Source of the DNA: an uncultured Verrucomicrobiae bacterium
GTDB lineage: Bacteria > Verrucomicrobiota > Verrucomicrobiia > Limisphaerales > Palsa-1400
Length of the DNA: 64,000 bases
Reading direction: 5' to 3'
Assembly: GCA_963702845.1 (NCBI GenBank)
Contig: OY969763.1
Span: 1,280,001 to 1,344,000 of the forward strand
Shown here: one piece after another, positions 49,828 to 60,969 of the stretch
Position numbering within the stretch: position 1 is the first letter of the stretch
Layout of the letters: each line of letters begins with the position of its first letter
Notes under the pieces: generated by a model
Database searches by the model: none
Seen by the model: the letters and a program-made list of their open reading frames with translations, nothing else
Told to the model about the DNA's origin: nothing
Made by a program: the position numbers and the translations under genes

Positions 49828-49920
49828 TCAAGGGACCATCTTGGTGGCCGGTTCACTCCAGGGGTCGGCGCCGCCGATTGCGCCGACGCGGAACCAGAGT
49901 TTGGATAATATTTTTGACAT
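49828..49920 (-). pseudogene. Internally deleted FnIII-type gene remnant (30 aa)
   Basis: MSKILSKLWFRVGAIGGADPWSEPATKMVP*; start context aagaaacatATG as at 18791; WFRV.A..WS.P resembles an FnIII C-terminus. Confidence 0.65.
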
Positions 49921-49985
49921 ATGTTTCTTATTTATAGCCATTTATACAATCGTTTCGTTCTGGTTTTCGGAGGTTTTGAGGGTTT

Positions 49986-50174
49986 GTCCAGCGCCGCTGG
50001 ACAAGTGTCCAGAGCTTCTGGCTACTTGGCTGGAGCCGCTGGACGGTTGTCCAGGACGGCTGGCTTCTTGTCCAGAACGGCTGGACAATTGGCCAGAGCC
50101 GCCAGCCACTTGTCCAGCGCCTCTGGACTGTTGGCCAATGCCGCCAGACAGTTGTCCAGAACGGTCGGCTAACG
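49986..50174. repeat. 21-nt tandem array B (9 units)
   Basis: Same consensus as array A with largely collinear unit variants. Confidence 0.95.
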
Positions 50175-50207
50175 ATGATTTTTCCTTAACGGGAAAAGGT
50201 TTTCCGG

Positions 50208-50274
50208 ACCTAAACTATTTTCTGAACTGGGCCTTTCGCCCAATATCCTCAAAGCCATCGATAAGCTCGGCTTC
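50208..50274 (+). pseudogene. Displaced copy of deaD 5' end
   Basis: 62/67 identical to 55327-55393; no start codon, stop follows shortly. Confidence 0.85.
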
Positions 50275-50303
50275 AACAAGGTCCTAATTCAAGTGTCCCT
50301 GTG

Positions 50304-53300
50304 TTAAGGAACGGTCAGGAGATAAAACGTCCGGGGAGTAGATGGATTTGCCGGGAGCGTGATATTGAAACTGCCGGAGCTGTCAAAATTGCCGCTTTGC
50401 ACAACCGGCCATGCCGATAACGGTCGCAAATCCACGTTTGTGGAACTCACTATATGATAAGAGCCGTTGGCCGGACCATTCACCGCTGAAAAACTGATGC
50501 CGGAGAACGCGCCGCCGGTGGTGACCGCGGCGGCATTCGCAAATGATGGCATGGGCGGAGGCGGAGGTGTGTAAGTCAGAGTCACTGTCCGGTTTGCGAT
50601 GTTGTCATATATGTATGCCCCCGAAGGCACGTTGCCCGCGACGAAGGTGCCGGAGCCTGTGCGGCTGGTGTAACTGAGCAGCACCTCGTCGTTGGAGTCG
50701 GCGGGCGCATTGGTTACGTCCACGGTGATGGGGCCGTTCATCGTTATGGCACCGGCAGAGATGAGAGATGAGGCGGCATCACCAAAAGCGCCAGATGCCA
50801 AATCGAAGCCAATTCGACTGCCGCTTCCAAAAGTCAGGTTGCTCATCGTCATTTGTAATTTGGCCCCGATTGGATCGAGGATTACTTCCAGCTCTCCAGC
50901 GGCGACAGTGTAATTCCGGTTGGCGCTGGTTGCGGTGGTGACGGTGAGCAATCCGTTGCTGACTGTGGTTGAACCGGTATAGGAGTTGGTGCCGGTGAGA
51001 TTCAGCGCGCCTGAACCAATCTTCACGAGCGAGCCAGCGCCCGAGATAGCCCGAAGGAGAGTTAACGTGCTGCTTGTCACCACGTCAAAATTGCAGGCTG
51101 CGCCGTTGAGCAAAAAGTTGTTCGATACCGTCAGCGTTGCTGCGGTCGCACTGCTGTTTTGCAACGTGCCGGAATTAAATGTGAGCTGATATGCGGTTTC
51201 GCTGCTGCCGAACAGGTCGAGCGTGCCGCCGCCGAGCACGATCGGACCAGCCGACGTGGCAATGATCTGTCGGCCGCCAGTTCCGGTGACTCGGGCCGTC
51301 CCGCTCGTGTTCACTGTCAATCCACCTTGAACACTGTGCACGTTGGCGCTGCTGGTTTTGTCCATGAGGTATGTTCCGCCGTTGACGACGACAGAGAGGC
51401 CAGCGTTGTTTTTATTGCCGCTGGTTTGAAACGTGCCGTTGCCCTGCAGGGTCATGGTCGCGGCAGCGCCACTGCCGACCGCAGTCATTGCGCCCTCAGT
51501 CTTCAAAATACCGTTGCCTTGCAGCGTTAGCGTCAACGTCGAAACATTCAGCGTTCCCGATCCAAGGTCGAGGTTTCCGGCACCGCCAAAGCTAAAGCTG
51601 GCCGTCCAGGATTCCGCGACGGTAGGGTGGAGTAAAATGTCCGATCCCGATGTGTTATCGATCGTGCCTCCATTGATTGTGAAAATTGTGTTACCGAGAG
51701 CGGAATTGGGGCCGCCGTCGCCACCATTATTGATGTTCAATTTGCCGGAGTTAAGAATCGTGCCACCGCTATAGTTATTGAGTCCCGATAACGTCAATGT
51801 CCCCGGCCCCTGCACGGTCAGTTGATACTTCAGGCCACTATCGGTAATAATGCCGCCGCAGCTGAGCATGTTTGATCGAACGGTCACGGCCAGACTGCTT
51901 CCCAATGTCACGGGGCCGTTGCCTAAATCCAGATTGGTTCGTGAACCCGCGTAGGTGAAGTTTCCGTTCCAATTTTCCTGGTTGGAAAAGTTCAAAATAA
52001 CATTTGTCCCACTGGTATTATCTAGCGTCGCGCCCGGATTCAGCGTGAGGGGCCCGGTGCCGATGGCGGATGGTCCGGTGCCGTCTCCGCCGTTATTGAT
52101 GGCCAGCGTACCCGAATTCACTATTGTGCCTCCGCTATACGTGTTTGCACTGGCGAGAGCGAGCAGTCCCGAGCCTTGTAACAGAACGCTGGTGTTCCCA
52201 GCGATCGCGCCCGAACCGTTGACGCTGTAGGTGGCCGTCCCACCCGCTGTATTGTTGACGGTCAGGCTCCCCGGCTGGACGGTGGTGTTCAACGCGATCG
52301 CCACCGCGCTATTCGCGTTATCATCAAAATTCAGCGCGATTCCGTCCGAATAATTCGTTGCAGTGCCAGCTCCCGACACGATCCAATCTTTTGTGGCGAA
52401 GTCCCACGGGCCGGAGGCCGAGGGTCCCCAGGAAATAGAGACATTGGGCGAACTGCTGACCACCAGGTTGATCGTGTTGCCGTTTTGCACAAGATTGGCG
52501 GTAACTCCTGCAGGCAGCGATGTGATCGACGGCAAGGTGCCGCCCGTCAATGTCAGGGTCCCGCTGCACGTCATCAGTGGATAAGTTCCGACGAGTATCG
52601 CGTTGCCTTCAATGGTCACACTGTCCGAACTGTCCAACGACAGATCGCCGGCAACACGAATTACGCTGGCCAACGGACTGAGTTGAACATTGGCGAAGTT
52701 AAAATCCACTGTGGCGTTGTTTGCCATAGCAAGACCTGCATTGGTCCAGGATTGTCCTTTGGCTCCGAGCACCGTGGAGAGAACCGTTCCGCTATTCATG
52801 CTGACTGTCCCGATTGAAGTCCCAACGGCGTTACTGAAAGTCAATTGCCCGTTGAAGACCGTCGTTGACCCTGCGTAAGAGTTGGAGCCGCCTAAAGTGA
52901 GAATGCCGCCGCCGGTTTTGTTCAAGCCGCCAGGACCAGAAACTCCGCCCGTGAAACTAATATTGAATGGTGTTCCATTCGCGTCGGTGGCTTGCGCGGT
53001 CAGGTTGCCGTTGGTTGTGGTCAAAGTGACGGGCACCGACGAGACCCAATTCGCCGTAGCTCCAATCGTGCCTCCGGAAAGATTCACTGCCAGCGTGTTC
53101 AAGCCAGTCACTCCGTTGACGACAGCCATGCCGTTGACATCGAGGTAGAGCTGCCCGCCGGTCAGGTTGATCTGACAAGGAGGATTATTCGTATAAACCG
53201 CCGCCGCGCTGCCGATCAGGAATCCTTTCGCCGTCGTTATTCCACCGGAAATGTTGATCACCGCTCCGGCATTGGTCGTATACGCTCCCGAACTGATCGC

Positions 53301-54187
53301 CAGCATCGTGAAGTTCGAGATGGTAGAGGCGGTCACCCCGGGCGGCGCGGAAATGCTGGAGCCGATATTAACGGTCCCGCCCAACACATTCAGGGTGCTG
53401 TTATCGGCGAGTTGAAAGGTCACAAAGAGCCATGTTACCAAGCGTGCCCAGCACTCCCGTCCCGCTGACGTTAAAATATCCCGGCTGGCCTCGTGAAATC
53501 TTCATTCCGCCAACCGCGGTGTTCCGCAATGTTCCCCCGCTCAAGTTCCATATCGCCGGTGCAGCTATGTTTCGTCCGAGGGTGAAGGAGTTGAAGGCAA
53601 CCGCTCCACCCGTCTGGTTTACCGTGACGGCATCGGCCAGGAACGTTCCGCCTTCTGTAAAGTTTCCGTTGGTGATGTTGATAGTGCTAAAGGCAGCGCC
53701 GACACCTTTCCAAATGGGGTTGCCGGTCGTGCTCGCCCAACCATTCCCGATCGTCAGCGTTGCGTTGCTGCCCACAGAAATTGTCTGGCCTGTCGTGCTT
53801 AATGGGCAATTCAGTACGACACTGACGTCATTGGACAACGTCATGGTGCTGGTGTTGGTCAACCGTGACCCGGAGAGGGTGTAACCACTCATCCGGAATG
53901 CCACGACTGCGGCGCCGACGTTGCCATCCACATTGATGCTGTAAGTGCCGGGAGTGGACGCGCCAATGATGGCGTCATTGGCATTGGCCCAGGTCTGGTC
54001 GCTGGCGTTGTTATACCAGGCGCTGGCGGCATGCCAGTTTCCGCTGCCATCGGAAGCAGCACCGCCCACAGCCGGGTCCCAGTAAAGGGTGATCGCGCGG
54101 GCTGTGGCCGTTGCCAGAAATAAGGCGGCCAAAGCAAGGGGTGAGATACGAAGCGTATCGGGCGTGAGAGGTTTTAACGGTTTTCAT
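50304..54187 (-). pseudogene. Autotransporter-associated beta-strand repeat adhesin, frameshifted
   Basis: GGLNKTGGG.LTL.G.NSY.G.T.V..G.L repeats; C-terminal Y.I.SSTN....W...FY.L; split at ~53410 and ATG at 54187 out of frame. Confidence 0.8.
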
Positions 54188-54420
54188 TTATATATGAACC
54201 GCAGGCGTGCTTGAATAACACGCGCGCATTGGGTATTGGCCGACAATGCGTTGATTGAAAATCGTGGTCAAACTTATATTTTTCTGCGGCTGGCAATTTT
54301 TCCGGGCGCGAGCCGCAACGTTCGTTGGAGCATTCCTCAGGGGGCCATCTTGTGTATGTTGCGTATTTATAGACGTTTATGCAGTGTTTTTAGGCTGGTT
54401 ATCGGCGGGTTAGGAGGCTT

Positions 54421-54756
54421 GTACAGCGCCGTCGTACACGTGTACAGCGGCGCTGTGCACTTGAACGGAGCCGCTGTGCACTTGAACGGAGCCGCTGTGC
54501 ACTTGAACGGAGCCGCTGTGCACTTGAACGGAGCCGCTGTACACTTGCACGGAGCCGCTGTACACTTGCACGGAGCCGCTGTACACTTGCACGGAGCCGC
54601 TGTACACTTGCACGGAGCCGCTGTACACTTGCACGACGGGACGGTAAAGTGGTACGGAGCCGCCGTCCAAATGGACGCCGCCGCTGTACGGGTGGACGGA
54701 GCGGCTGTACGGGTGGACGAAGGCGCGGTACACTTGCACGGCGGGATTGTTCAATC
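54421..54756. repeat. 21-nt tandem array C (16 units)
   Basis: g(a/c)acggagccgctgt(g/a)cactt; 8 near-identical central units. Confidence 0.95.
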
Positions 54757-54895
54757 GAGCGGACCTCGCGTAAGTGGGGTCACGCGGGGAAAATGGTTTT
54801 ATGAGCCCATAAAACGATAAAATGGGTCAATAAAATCGTTTTATGAGGTGGTGGGGAAATTGATGGAGGTGGCTGGAATCTAGCTATTTGCCGGT

Positions 54896-55237
54896 TCATG
54901 CCCAAAGCCGACTCACAAGTGAAAAAAGAACGGTAATCAGCAATCCAAATGCGACGGTAAAAAGAAGTGCTACAGCGCCTTTCCCAATCGCGCGAAATAA
55001 TCCACCGCCCGGGAATGTGGCGTTTAGGATATAATAATATCCGGACACCGGAACTACCACTTGCGCGATCATCATAAAAGCCGAGTCCCAATTACCACGA
55101 AACAAATCCGGTTTCGCGATTAAGATGAGACCTAGGACGACAGTCACGGCGAACTGAGCGGCCATTACACAGAGGATTTGAATGAAAGGCGATTTGCGCA
55201 TTCCCGCTTTCGTATCTACCAGATGCACATTTTCCAT
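54896..55237 (-). CDS. Small 3-TM hypothetical protein
   Basis: Hydrophobic, AT-richer ORF. Confidence 0.55.
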   Translation of the reverse strand: MENVHLVDTKAGMRKSPFIQILCVMAAQFAVTVVLGLILIAKPDLFRGNWDSAFMMIAQVVVPVSGYYYILNATFPGGGLFRAIGKGAVALLFTVAFGLLITVLFSLVSRLWA

Positions 55238-55321
55238 GTTGATGTATAGCTCAAATCCCCTCAAGAATTCCCTCACATATTCCCCATTTGTAGCGTATGG
55301 TCACCGTTCGGTAAGACTCAA

Positions 55322-57400
55322 ATGACACCTAAACTATTTTCAGAACTCGGCCTTTCACCCAATATCCTCAAGGCCATCGAGAAGCTCGGCTTCGAACAGG
55401 CCTCGCCCATTCAGGCCGAATCGATCCCGGTCTTGATGTCCGGACGCGATGTCGTCGGCCAATCCCAAACCGGCTCCGGCAAAACCGTCGCCTTCGCCGC
55501 GCCCGCCATCGAGAAGGTCGATGTCGCCGTGCGCGCCGTGCAGATTTTGATTCTTTGCCCGACGCGCGAGTTGGCGGTGCAGGTTTCTGAAGAGGTGCAT
55601 AAGCTGGCGTTTTTCACGCGCGGCATTCATGCGCTGCCCATTTACGGCGGGCAATCGTATGACCGGCAAATTTCGGGGTTGCGCCAGGGCGCGCAGATCG
55701 TCATCGGCACGCCGGGACGTGTCATGGACCACATGCGTCGCGGGACGTTGCGGCTGGATAAGGTGAAGATGGTGATCCTCGACGAGGTGGACATCATGTT
55801 GAACATGGGTTTCCGCGATGACATGGAAACGATTCTCAAAGAGACGCCCAAGGAACGGCAGACGGTGCTGTTCTCGGCGACGATTCCGCGCGCGATCCAG
55901 GATTTGATTTCCAAATACACGCGCGACCCTCAAAGGGTGGCCATCGAGCGCAAGGAGCTGACGGTGCCGACGGTGGAGCAGGTGTATTACGAAGTGGATC
56001 GCCGCTTCAAAATCGAACTACTGACGCGCTTGATCGATATTTATGATCTGAAGCTCGGGATTATTTTCTGCAACACGAAGCGCATGGTGGATGATCTGGT
56101 GGATCATTTGAACGCGCAGGGGTATTCGGCGGATCGTTTGCACGGTGACATGAACCAGCAGCAGCGCGATCGCGTGATGATGAAGTTTCGCAAGAGCGGT
56201 TTGGAATTTCTCGTCGCGACAGACATCGCGGCGCGCGGCATCGACGTGGATGACGTGCAGGTTGTTTTCAATTACGACCTGCCCTACGACGTGGAAGATT
56301 ATTTGCATCGCATTGGCCGAACCGGTCGCGCGGGCAAGAGTGGTCGCGCCATATCGTTTGTTGGCGGGCGTGAGTTGTTTCAAATCCAAAACATCGAACG
56401 CTTCACGAAAGTGCGCATTCACCGTTCGCAAGTCCCCACCGCTCAGGCAGTGGAAGAAGCGCGCGCGAATGTTTTCATCGAAGAGCTGCGCAATATTTTA
56501 AAGACCGGTGAGTTCAAGAAACAGGATCATTTGGTCGAGCGTTTGTTGGAAGAAGGGTTTACTTCGACGGATATTGCGTCGGCGTTGATCCATCAATTGC
56601 AAAACGGCGCCGGCGCACCCGCCAAACCCGCTCCGCAACCTGAAGAGCAACGGCCGCGCTACGACGATTCACGCGGACGTCGCGATGATGGCCCCCGTGG
56701 TTTTAGCGATCGGCGCGAGGAGCGTTTTGACCGACGTGATGAGCGTCCCATGCGCCGCGATGATCGTCCGCCGATGCGTCGTGACGACCGTCCAGCGCGA
56801 GATGAGCGTCCGGCACGATCAAATTTCGCTGGCGACCGTCAAGCCCCGGCAACGCGCAAGCCGTGGACTACCGGCGAACCGCGCCCTGTGCGAACACCAG
56901 CCCCAACAGCAAAACCACAAATCGCGCCAGTTTCTGAAACCGCGCCGGTTGAAAAGATCGAAAAGAAATCCACTCCAAAAGAACCGGCCGTTGCCAAAGC
57001 CCCCGTCGCCAAAGCTCAAGCTCCCGCAGCTGAAACCTCCGCTGCTGTCGAAGAAGCAACGCAACCGGCGCGTGTCGAAAAGCCAAGTCGGCCTGCAAAA
57101 TCTCGCGGCCCCTTCGCCGCACCATTCGGCGCTCCCCCGCCCAAGCCCGCGAGCCGTCGCACACCCGATGAACAAACCCGTCTCTTCATGAATGTTGGCG
57201 TGGAAATGGGAGTCGAAAAAGGCGATGTCGTAGGAGCAATTTTAGGTGAAACAGGATTGCCCGGCGCGACCGTAGGGACAGTGGACCTTCGCGAACGTCA
57301 TGTATTTGTCGACGTCGCGAAAGAGCACGCCAACGCCATTATTTCCAAGTTGAACCGCACGCAAATCAAAGGGCATAAACTTAAGGTGAAGGTCGCTTAG
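55322..57400 (+). CDS. deaD: DEAD-box RNA helicase with DbpA-type C-terminal domain
   Basis: Q motif, QTGSGKT, PTRELA, TPGR, DEVD, SAT, ARGID, HRIGRTGRAG. Confidence 0.9.
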   Translation: MTPKLFSELGLSPNILKAIEKLGFEQASPIQAESIPVLMSGRDVVGQSQTGSGKTVAFAAPAIEKVDVAVRAVQILILCPTRELAVQVSEEVHKLAFFTRGIHALPIYGGQSYDRQISGLRQGAQIVIGTPGRVMDHMRRGTLRLDKVKMVILDEVDIMLNMGFRDDMETILKETPKERQTVLFSATIPRAIQDLISKYTRDPQRVAIERKELTVPTVEQVYYEVDRRFKIELLTRLIDIYDLKLGIIFCNTKRMVDDLVDHLNAQGYSADRLHGDMNQQQRDRVMMKFRKSGLEFLVATDIAARGIDVDDVQVVFNYDLPYDVEDYLHRIGRTGRAGKSGRAISFVGGRELFQIQNIERFTKVRIHRSQVPTAQAVEEARANVFIEELRNILKTGEFKKQDHLVERLLEEGFTSTDIASALIHQLQNGAGAPAKPAPQPEEQRPRYDDSRGRRDDGPRGFSDRREERFDRRDERPMRRDDRPPMRRDDRPARDERPARSNFAGDRQAPATRKPWTTGEPRPVRTPAPTAKPQIAPVSETAPVEKIEKKSTPKEPAVAKAPVAKAQAPAAETSAAVEEATQPARVEKPSRPAKSRGPFAAPFGAPPPKPASRRTPDEQTRLFMNVGVEMGVEKGDVVGAILGETGLPGATVGTVDLRERHVFVDVAKEHANAIISKLNRTQIKGHKLKVKVA

Positions 57401-57414
57401 GTCTCGGGAGACGA

Positions 57415-59313
57415 ATGTCCGCAATCCTGACTGCCGCAGATCTTGAAGTCCGGCACAACGAACTCGTTGTGCTCGACCGCGCCTCGCTTGCGATTGAAGA
57501 GAACGGGCGCGTTGGAATGGTCGGTCGCAATGGTTGTGGCAAATCGACTTTCTTAAAAATCATTGCGGGTCAGATCACTCCGGATGCCGGGGAAGTTGTG
57601 CGCCGACGCGATTTGGTGGTCGGTTATTTGCCCCAGGAATTCGCGCTCGACCCGACTCTAACGGTCGAAGGCAACGTCCGCACCGGCGCAAAACAGGTGC
57701 TCGATTTAATTCACGAATTTGAATCGTTGCCAGCCGATTCCAAAAAACATGGTGAACTTGAAGAGCACATTCTGCGGCTGGACGGCTGGGGAATTGATCG
57801 ACACATCCAAACCGCGATGGCGCATCTGAGTTGTCCCGCTGCTGATCGCCAAATCTCAACATTAAGCGGCGGTGAAAAACGGCGCGTCGCGTTGTGCAGG
57901 GCAATTATTGCGCAGCCTGACCTTCTGATTCTCGATGAGCCGACAAACCATCTCGATACAGAGTCAATCGAGTGGTTGGGCGAATTCCTGCTAAACTATC
58001 GCGGTGCATTTTTGATGGTCACGCACGACCGCTATTTTCTGGATCGCATTACCAATAGCATCGTCGAACTGGCCAATGGCCGATTTTATTCCTACACCGG
58101 TAACTACACCGATTATCTACAAGCCAAAGAGCAACGACAGGCCGCCGAAGAATCGGTCGAACACGCGCGGCAGACGTTTTTGAAACGCGAACTGGAATGG
58201 GTTCGCAGTGGCGTGCAGGCCCGTCGCACAAAAAAGAAAGATCGCTTCGAACGCTATTACGAAGTCGCCGCCCAATCCGGTCCTAATGTTGAGAGCGATA
58301 TCGAACTGGTCATTCCGCCGCCGCCCCCATTGGGCAATCGCGTGGTTGAACTAACTCGCGTCGGCGTGGAACTGGGGGGGCGCACTTTGTTTTCCGGATT
58401 GGATTTGGAATTCAAGGCCGGCGATCGCATCGGGATCACTGGCCGAAATGGACTTGGTAAGACGACGTTGTTGAAAGTCGTCTTAGGCGAGTTGCAACCG
58501 ACCGAAGGCACGGTGAAGATCGGGCAGTTGACTCAGTACAATTACGTCGACCAGGGCCGATTGCAGTTGCGCGATGACCGGACGGTTCTCGAGGAGATTA
58601 GCGATGGAACGGAGTTCGTGGTGTTCGGCGATGAAACCCTGTCCCTGCGCGCATATCTGAAACGATTTCTGTTCACCGACGATCGCATCAGCACGCAGGT
58701 GAAATTTCTCAGCGGCGGCGAGCGAAGCCGGTTGTTGTTGGCGCGAATTCTCAAGAACGGCGGTAACTTTCTCGTGCTCGACGAACCGACAAATGATCTG
58801 GACCTGCCGACGTTGCGCATTTTGGAAGAGGCGCTGGTGGCGTTCCCCGGCGTTGTGCTGGTTGTCAGCCACGACCGTTATTTTTTGAACCGTGTTTGCA
58901 CCGGTATCCTTGCGTTCGAAGGGCAGGGGAAAGTGCATTACAGCGTTGGTGATTACGATTATTACCTCGAAAAGCGGGTGCGCACTGCCGTGTCGCAACC
59001 GGTCGAGCCAAAGGTTAAGGCCGGCGAACCTAACGAACCGAAGAAGCAATCTTCGTCACGTCCGCGCAAGTTGTCGTTCAAGGAACAGCGCGAGTTGGAC
59101 GGAATGGAAGCGGCGGTGCTTGCCGCCGAGGAGAACGTCGCTCGCATTGAAGCGTTGTTCGTCGATCCTGATTTTCATCGTAAATACGGCCAGCGGATTG
59201 ACGAGCTGCAAGCTGAGTTGGCGGCCGAAAAAGAGCGGATAGCGAAGCTCTACGAACGCTGGCAGGAACTTGAGGCTATTCGCACCGCATCCGCCACGAA
59301 CCCCGTGTCTTAA
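57415..59313 (+). CDS. ABC-F ATPase (Uup-like)
   Basis: Two NBDs (GRNGCGKST, GRNGLGKTT), LSGGE x2, DEPTN, C-terminal KLSFKEQREL coiled coil. Confidence 0.9.
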   Translation: MSAILTAADLEVRHNELVVLDRASLAIEENGRVGMVGRNGCGKSTFLKIIAGQITPDAGEVVRRRDLVVGYLPQEFALDPTLTVEGNVRTGAKQVLDLIHEFESLPADSKKHGELEEHILRLDGWGIDRHIQTAMAHLSCPAADRQISTLSGGEKRRVALCRAIIAQPDLLILDEPTNHLDTESIEWLGEFLLNYRGAFLMVTHDRYFLDRITNSIVELANGRFYSYTGNYTDYLQAKEQRQAAEESVEHARQTFLKRELEWVRSGVQARRTKKKDRFERYYEVAAQSGPNVESDIELVIPPPPPLGNRVVELTRVGVELGGRTLFSGLDLEFKAGDRIGITGRNGLGKTTLLKVVLGELQPTEGTVKIGQLTQYNYVDQGRLQLRDDRTVLEEISDGTEFVVFGDETLSLRAYLKRFLFTDDRISTQVKFLSGGERSRLLLARILKNGGNFLVLDEPTNDLDLPTLRILEEALVAFPGVVLVVSHDRYFLNRVCTGILAFEGQGKVHYSVGDYDYYLEKRVRTAVSQPVEPKVKAGEPNEPKKQSSSRPRKLSFKEQRELDGMEAAVLAAEENVARIEALFVDPDFHRKYGQRIDELQAELAAEKERIAKLYERWQELEAIRTASATNPVS

Positions 59314-59397
59314 CTCAAAGTGAATTTACTTGACGGTTGTAACGTCTAATCCAGCGAGTCGCGCGATTGATGTTGAGACGTTATGTTAGATGAACAT

Positions 59398-59829
59398 ATG
59401 AAGATACTTCTGGCAATTCTGCTGACAGTAATGGTCGGATGGGGAACGGCTACGCTGGCGCAAAACAGTCCGGCCACGGCTCACTCTGCGGCTGGTGATG
59501 CTCACCCAGCAGCGGCAGATCCGCATCCCGCCAAAGCGGACGCGCATCCTGCGGCCCCAACTGAAATCCATCCGTCGTTCCCGGGCCATTCTTCTGAAAC
59601 GAATTTTGCAGTCGGCGCCGTTGCAGCCACTGTGCCACTCGCAACGACCGCCCTGAACGCCACAACGCCGACGCCCATTGAAAATCTCTCAATTCCAACA
59701 TTTATTGCAACGCCGCCGCCTGCTCAGGGCACTTCTGTAACGACGACCAATCTGTCGACGACGTCAACTAATCAGACCGCAGTCACCGCGCCCGTGACGA
59801 CAAGTCCTCCACCGACCGGCACGCCCTGA
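59398..59829 (+). CDS. Secreted low-complexity Ala/Pro/Thr protein
   Basis: Signal peptide, 7-aa DAHPAAA-like repeats, Thr/Pro tail. Confidence 0.6.
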   Translation: MKILLAILLTVMVGWGTATLAQNSPATAHSAAGDAHPAAADPHPAKADAHPAAPTEIHPSFPGHSSETNFAVGAVAATVPLATTALNATTPTPIENLSIPTFIATPPPAQGTSVTTTNLSTTSTNQTAVTAPVTTSPPPTGTP

Positions 59830-59850
59830 CCTTGCCGTGGACTGTGAGGT

Positions 59851-60873
59851 TTAGAATGTGGGATGTTTTTGCATTACCGCGATGGCGTCTTCGTAAGTAA
59901 ACGCGCCCGGGCTGCCGCGGTATTCCTTGAAGCTCCAGAAGATGTAGTTCACGTGCAGTTTCTCGTGGGCGAATCGGAAAATTTCGTCGAGCGGAACGTA
60001 CCCTGCAGGCGGCGCGGCGAGGTTTCGGCCGGCATTGCCCATGTTGCGGGAATCGTTTTTGTCGTGGCGATAGGAATCGTCCTGTGCGCTGCAAAATAGT
60101 TTTAAGCGACCATTGAATTTGTCGTAGAGCTGATAGGCGGGTTGAAGTCGTTTGCGATAGGGAAGAATGTCGGGACCACCCATTACGATTTTGCCGGGAG
60201 CGAGCGCTTCTGCGACATCGGCAAGATATGCGCTGTTTTGCTCGAGGTGGTTCATATACCAAAAGACCTGACTTCGACTGAAGGCTTTGCTGGCCGCGCT
60301 GAGAATTTGAATGAGGGCGTCGCGATATTTTTCGGGAGTGTAGCTGTTTCGGTTCAGCGTTGACGGCGAGAGCATCAAGGCCGATTCCTGAAAGGCGATG
60401 CCTTCAAACGTGGGATCGTTGTCGAATTGTTTGGCAAGCGCCTCGCTCAGCGCGATGAGTCGCGCAACGACGACGGGTTCCCAACGTTTGGCGGTGTAGC
60501 CCCGAAGGTTGGGCAACGCGTATTGGGCGAGGTATTGCGGCAGTGGATTGTGATTTGGCTGAAAAGTTTTGTCGGTGATGAAGACGACAAGTTGTTTATG
60601 GTGGGCTGCGGCGTATTTGAGGTCGCTACGGATTGAAGCAAAGTCGTAACGGTCCTTTTGCGGTTCGAGTTCCGACCAGTAGTAACGCTTGTTGACGCCG
60701 CGCACGGCTGGTTCGTCGAGATGACTGATGGACGAAATCGATTCGCGTTCAGTGATCGCGACGTAATGGCCGCCGTGGAATTTGCGTTCAGCGGCGTGGC
60801 CGGTTGCGACAGCGAAGAGAAAAAGCAATGCCGCGACAAGTGTGTGTGAATGGCCGGAGCGCATGTGCATCAT
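59851..60873 (-). CDS. Secreted GH-A-like TIM-barrel protein
   Basis: Signal peptide, YYWSELEP....YDF, FDNDP.FEG....ES, GGPD. Confidence 0.6.
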   Translation of the reverse strand: MMHMRSGHSHTLVAALLFLFAVATGHAAERKFHGGHYVAITERESISSISHLDEPAVRGVNKRYYWSELEPQKDRYDFASIRSDLKYAAAHHKQLVVFITDKTFQPNHNPLPQYLAQYALPNLRGYTAKRWEPVVVARLIALSEALAKQFDNDPTFEGIAFQESALMLSPSTLNRNSYTPEKYRDALIQILSAASKAFSRSQVFWYMNHLEQNSAYLADVAEALAPGKIVMGGPDILPYRKRLQPAYQLYDKFNGRLKLFCSAQDDSYRHDKNDSRNMGNAGRNLAAPPAGYVPLDEIFRFAHEKLHVNYIFWSFKEYRGSPGAFTYEDAIAVMQKHPTF

Positions 60874-60969
60874 CAGGCACAAAACGCGACGAAAATTCCA
60901 TTTTATTCGCGTTTGATTTTATCACGCGCAGCAGTGATAAAGCGGCGATCGAGATTCGGCTGAATTGCG

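Noticed and set aside
54236..54820. GAAVHL heptad ORF and the other ORFs over arrays A and B as genes
   Set aside because: Several frames are open because the repeat lacks stops; no frame is clearly preferred, so not annotated as CDS
55781..55792. DEVD instead of DEAD in the helicase
   Set aside because: Fits the DExD consensus and all other motifs are intact
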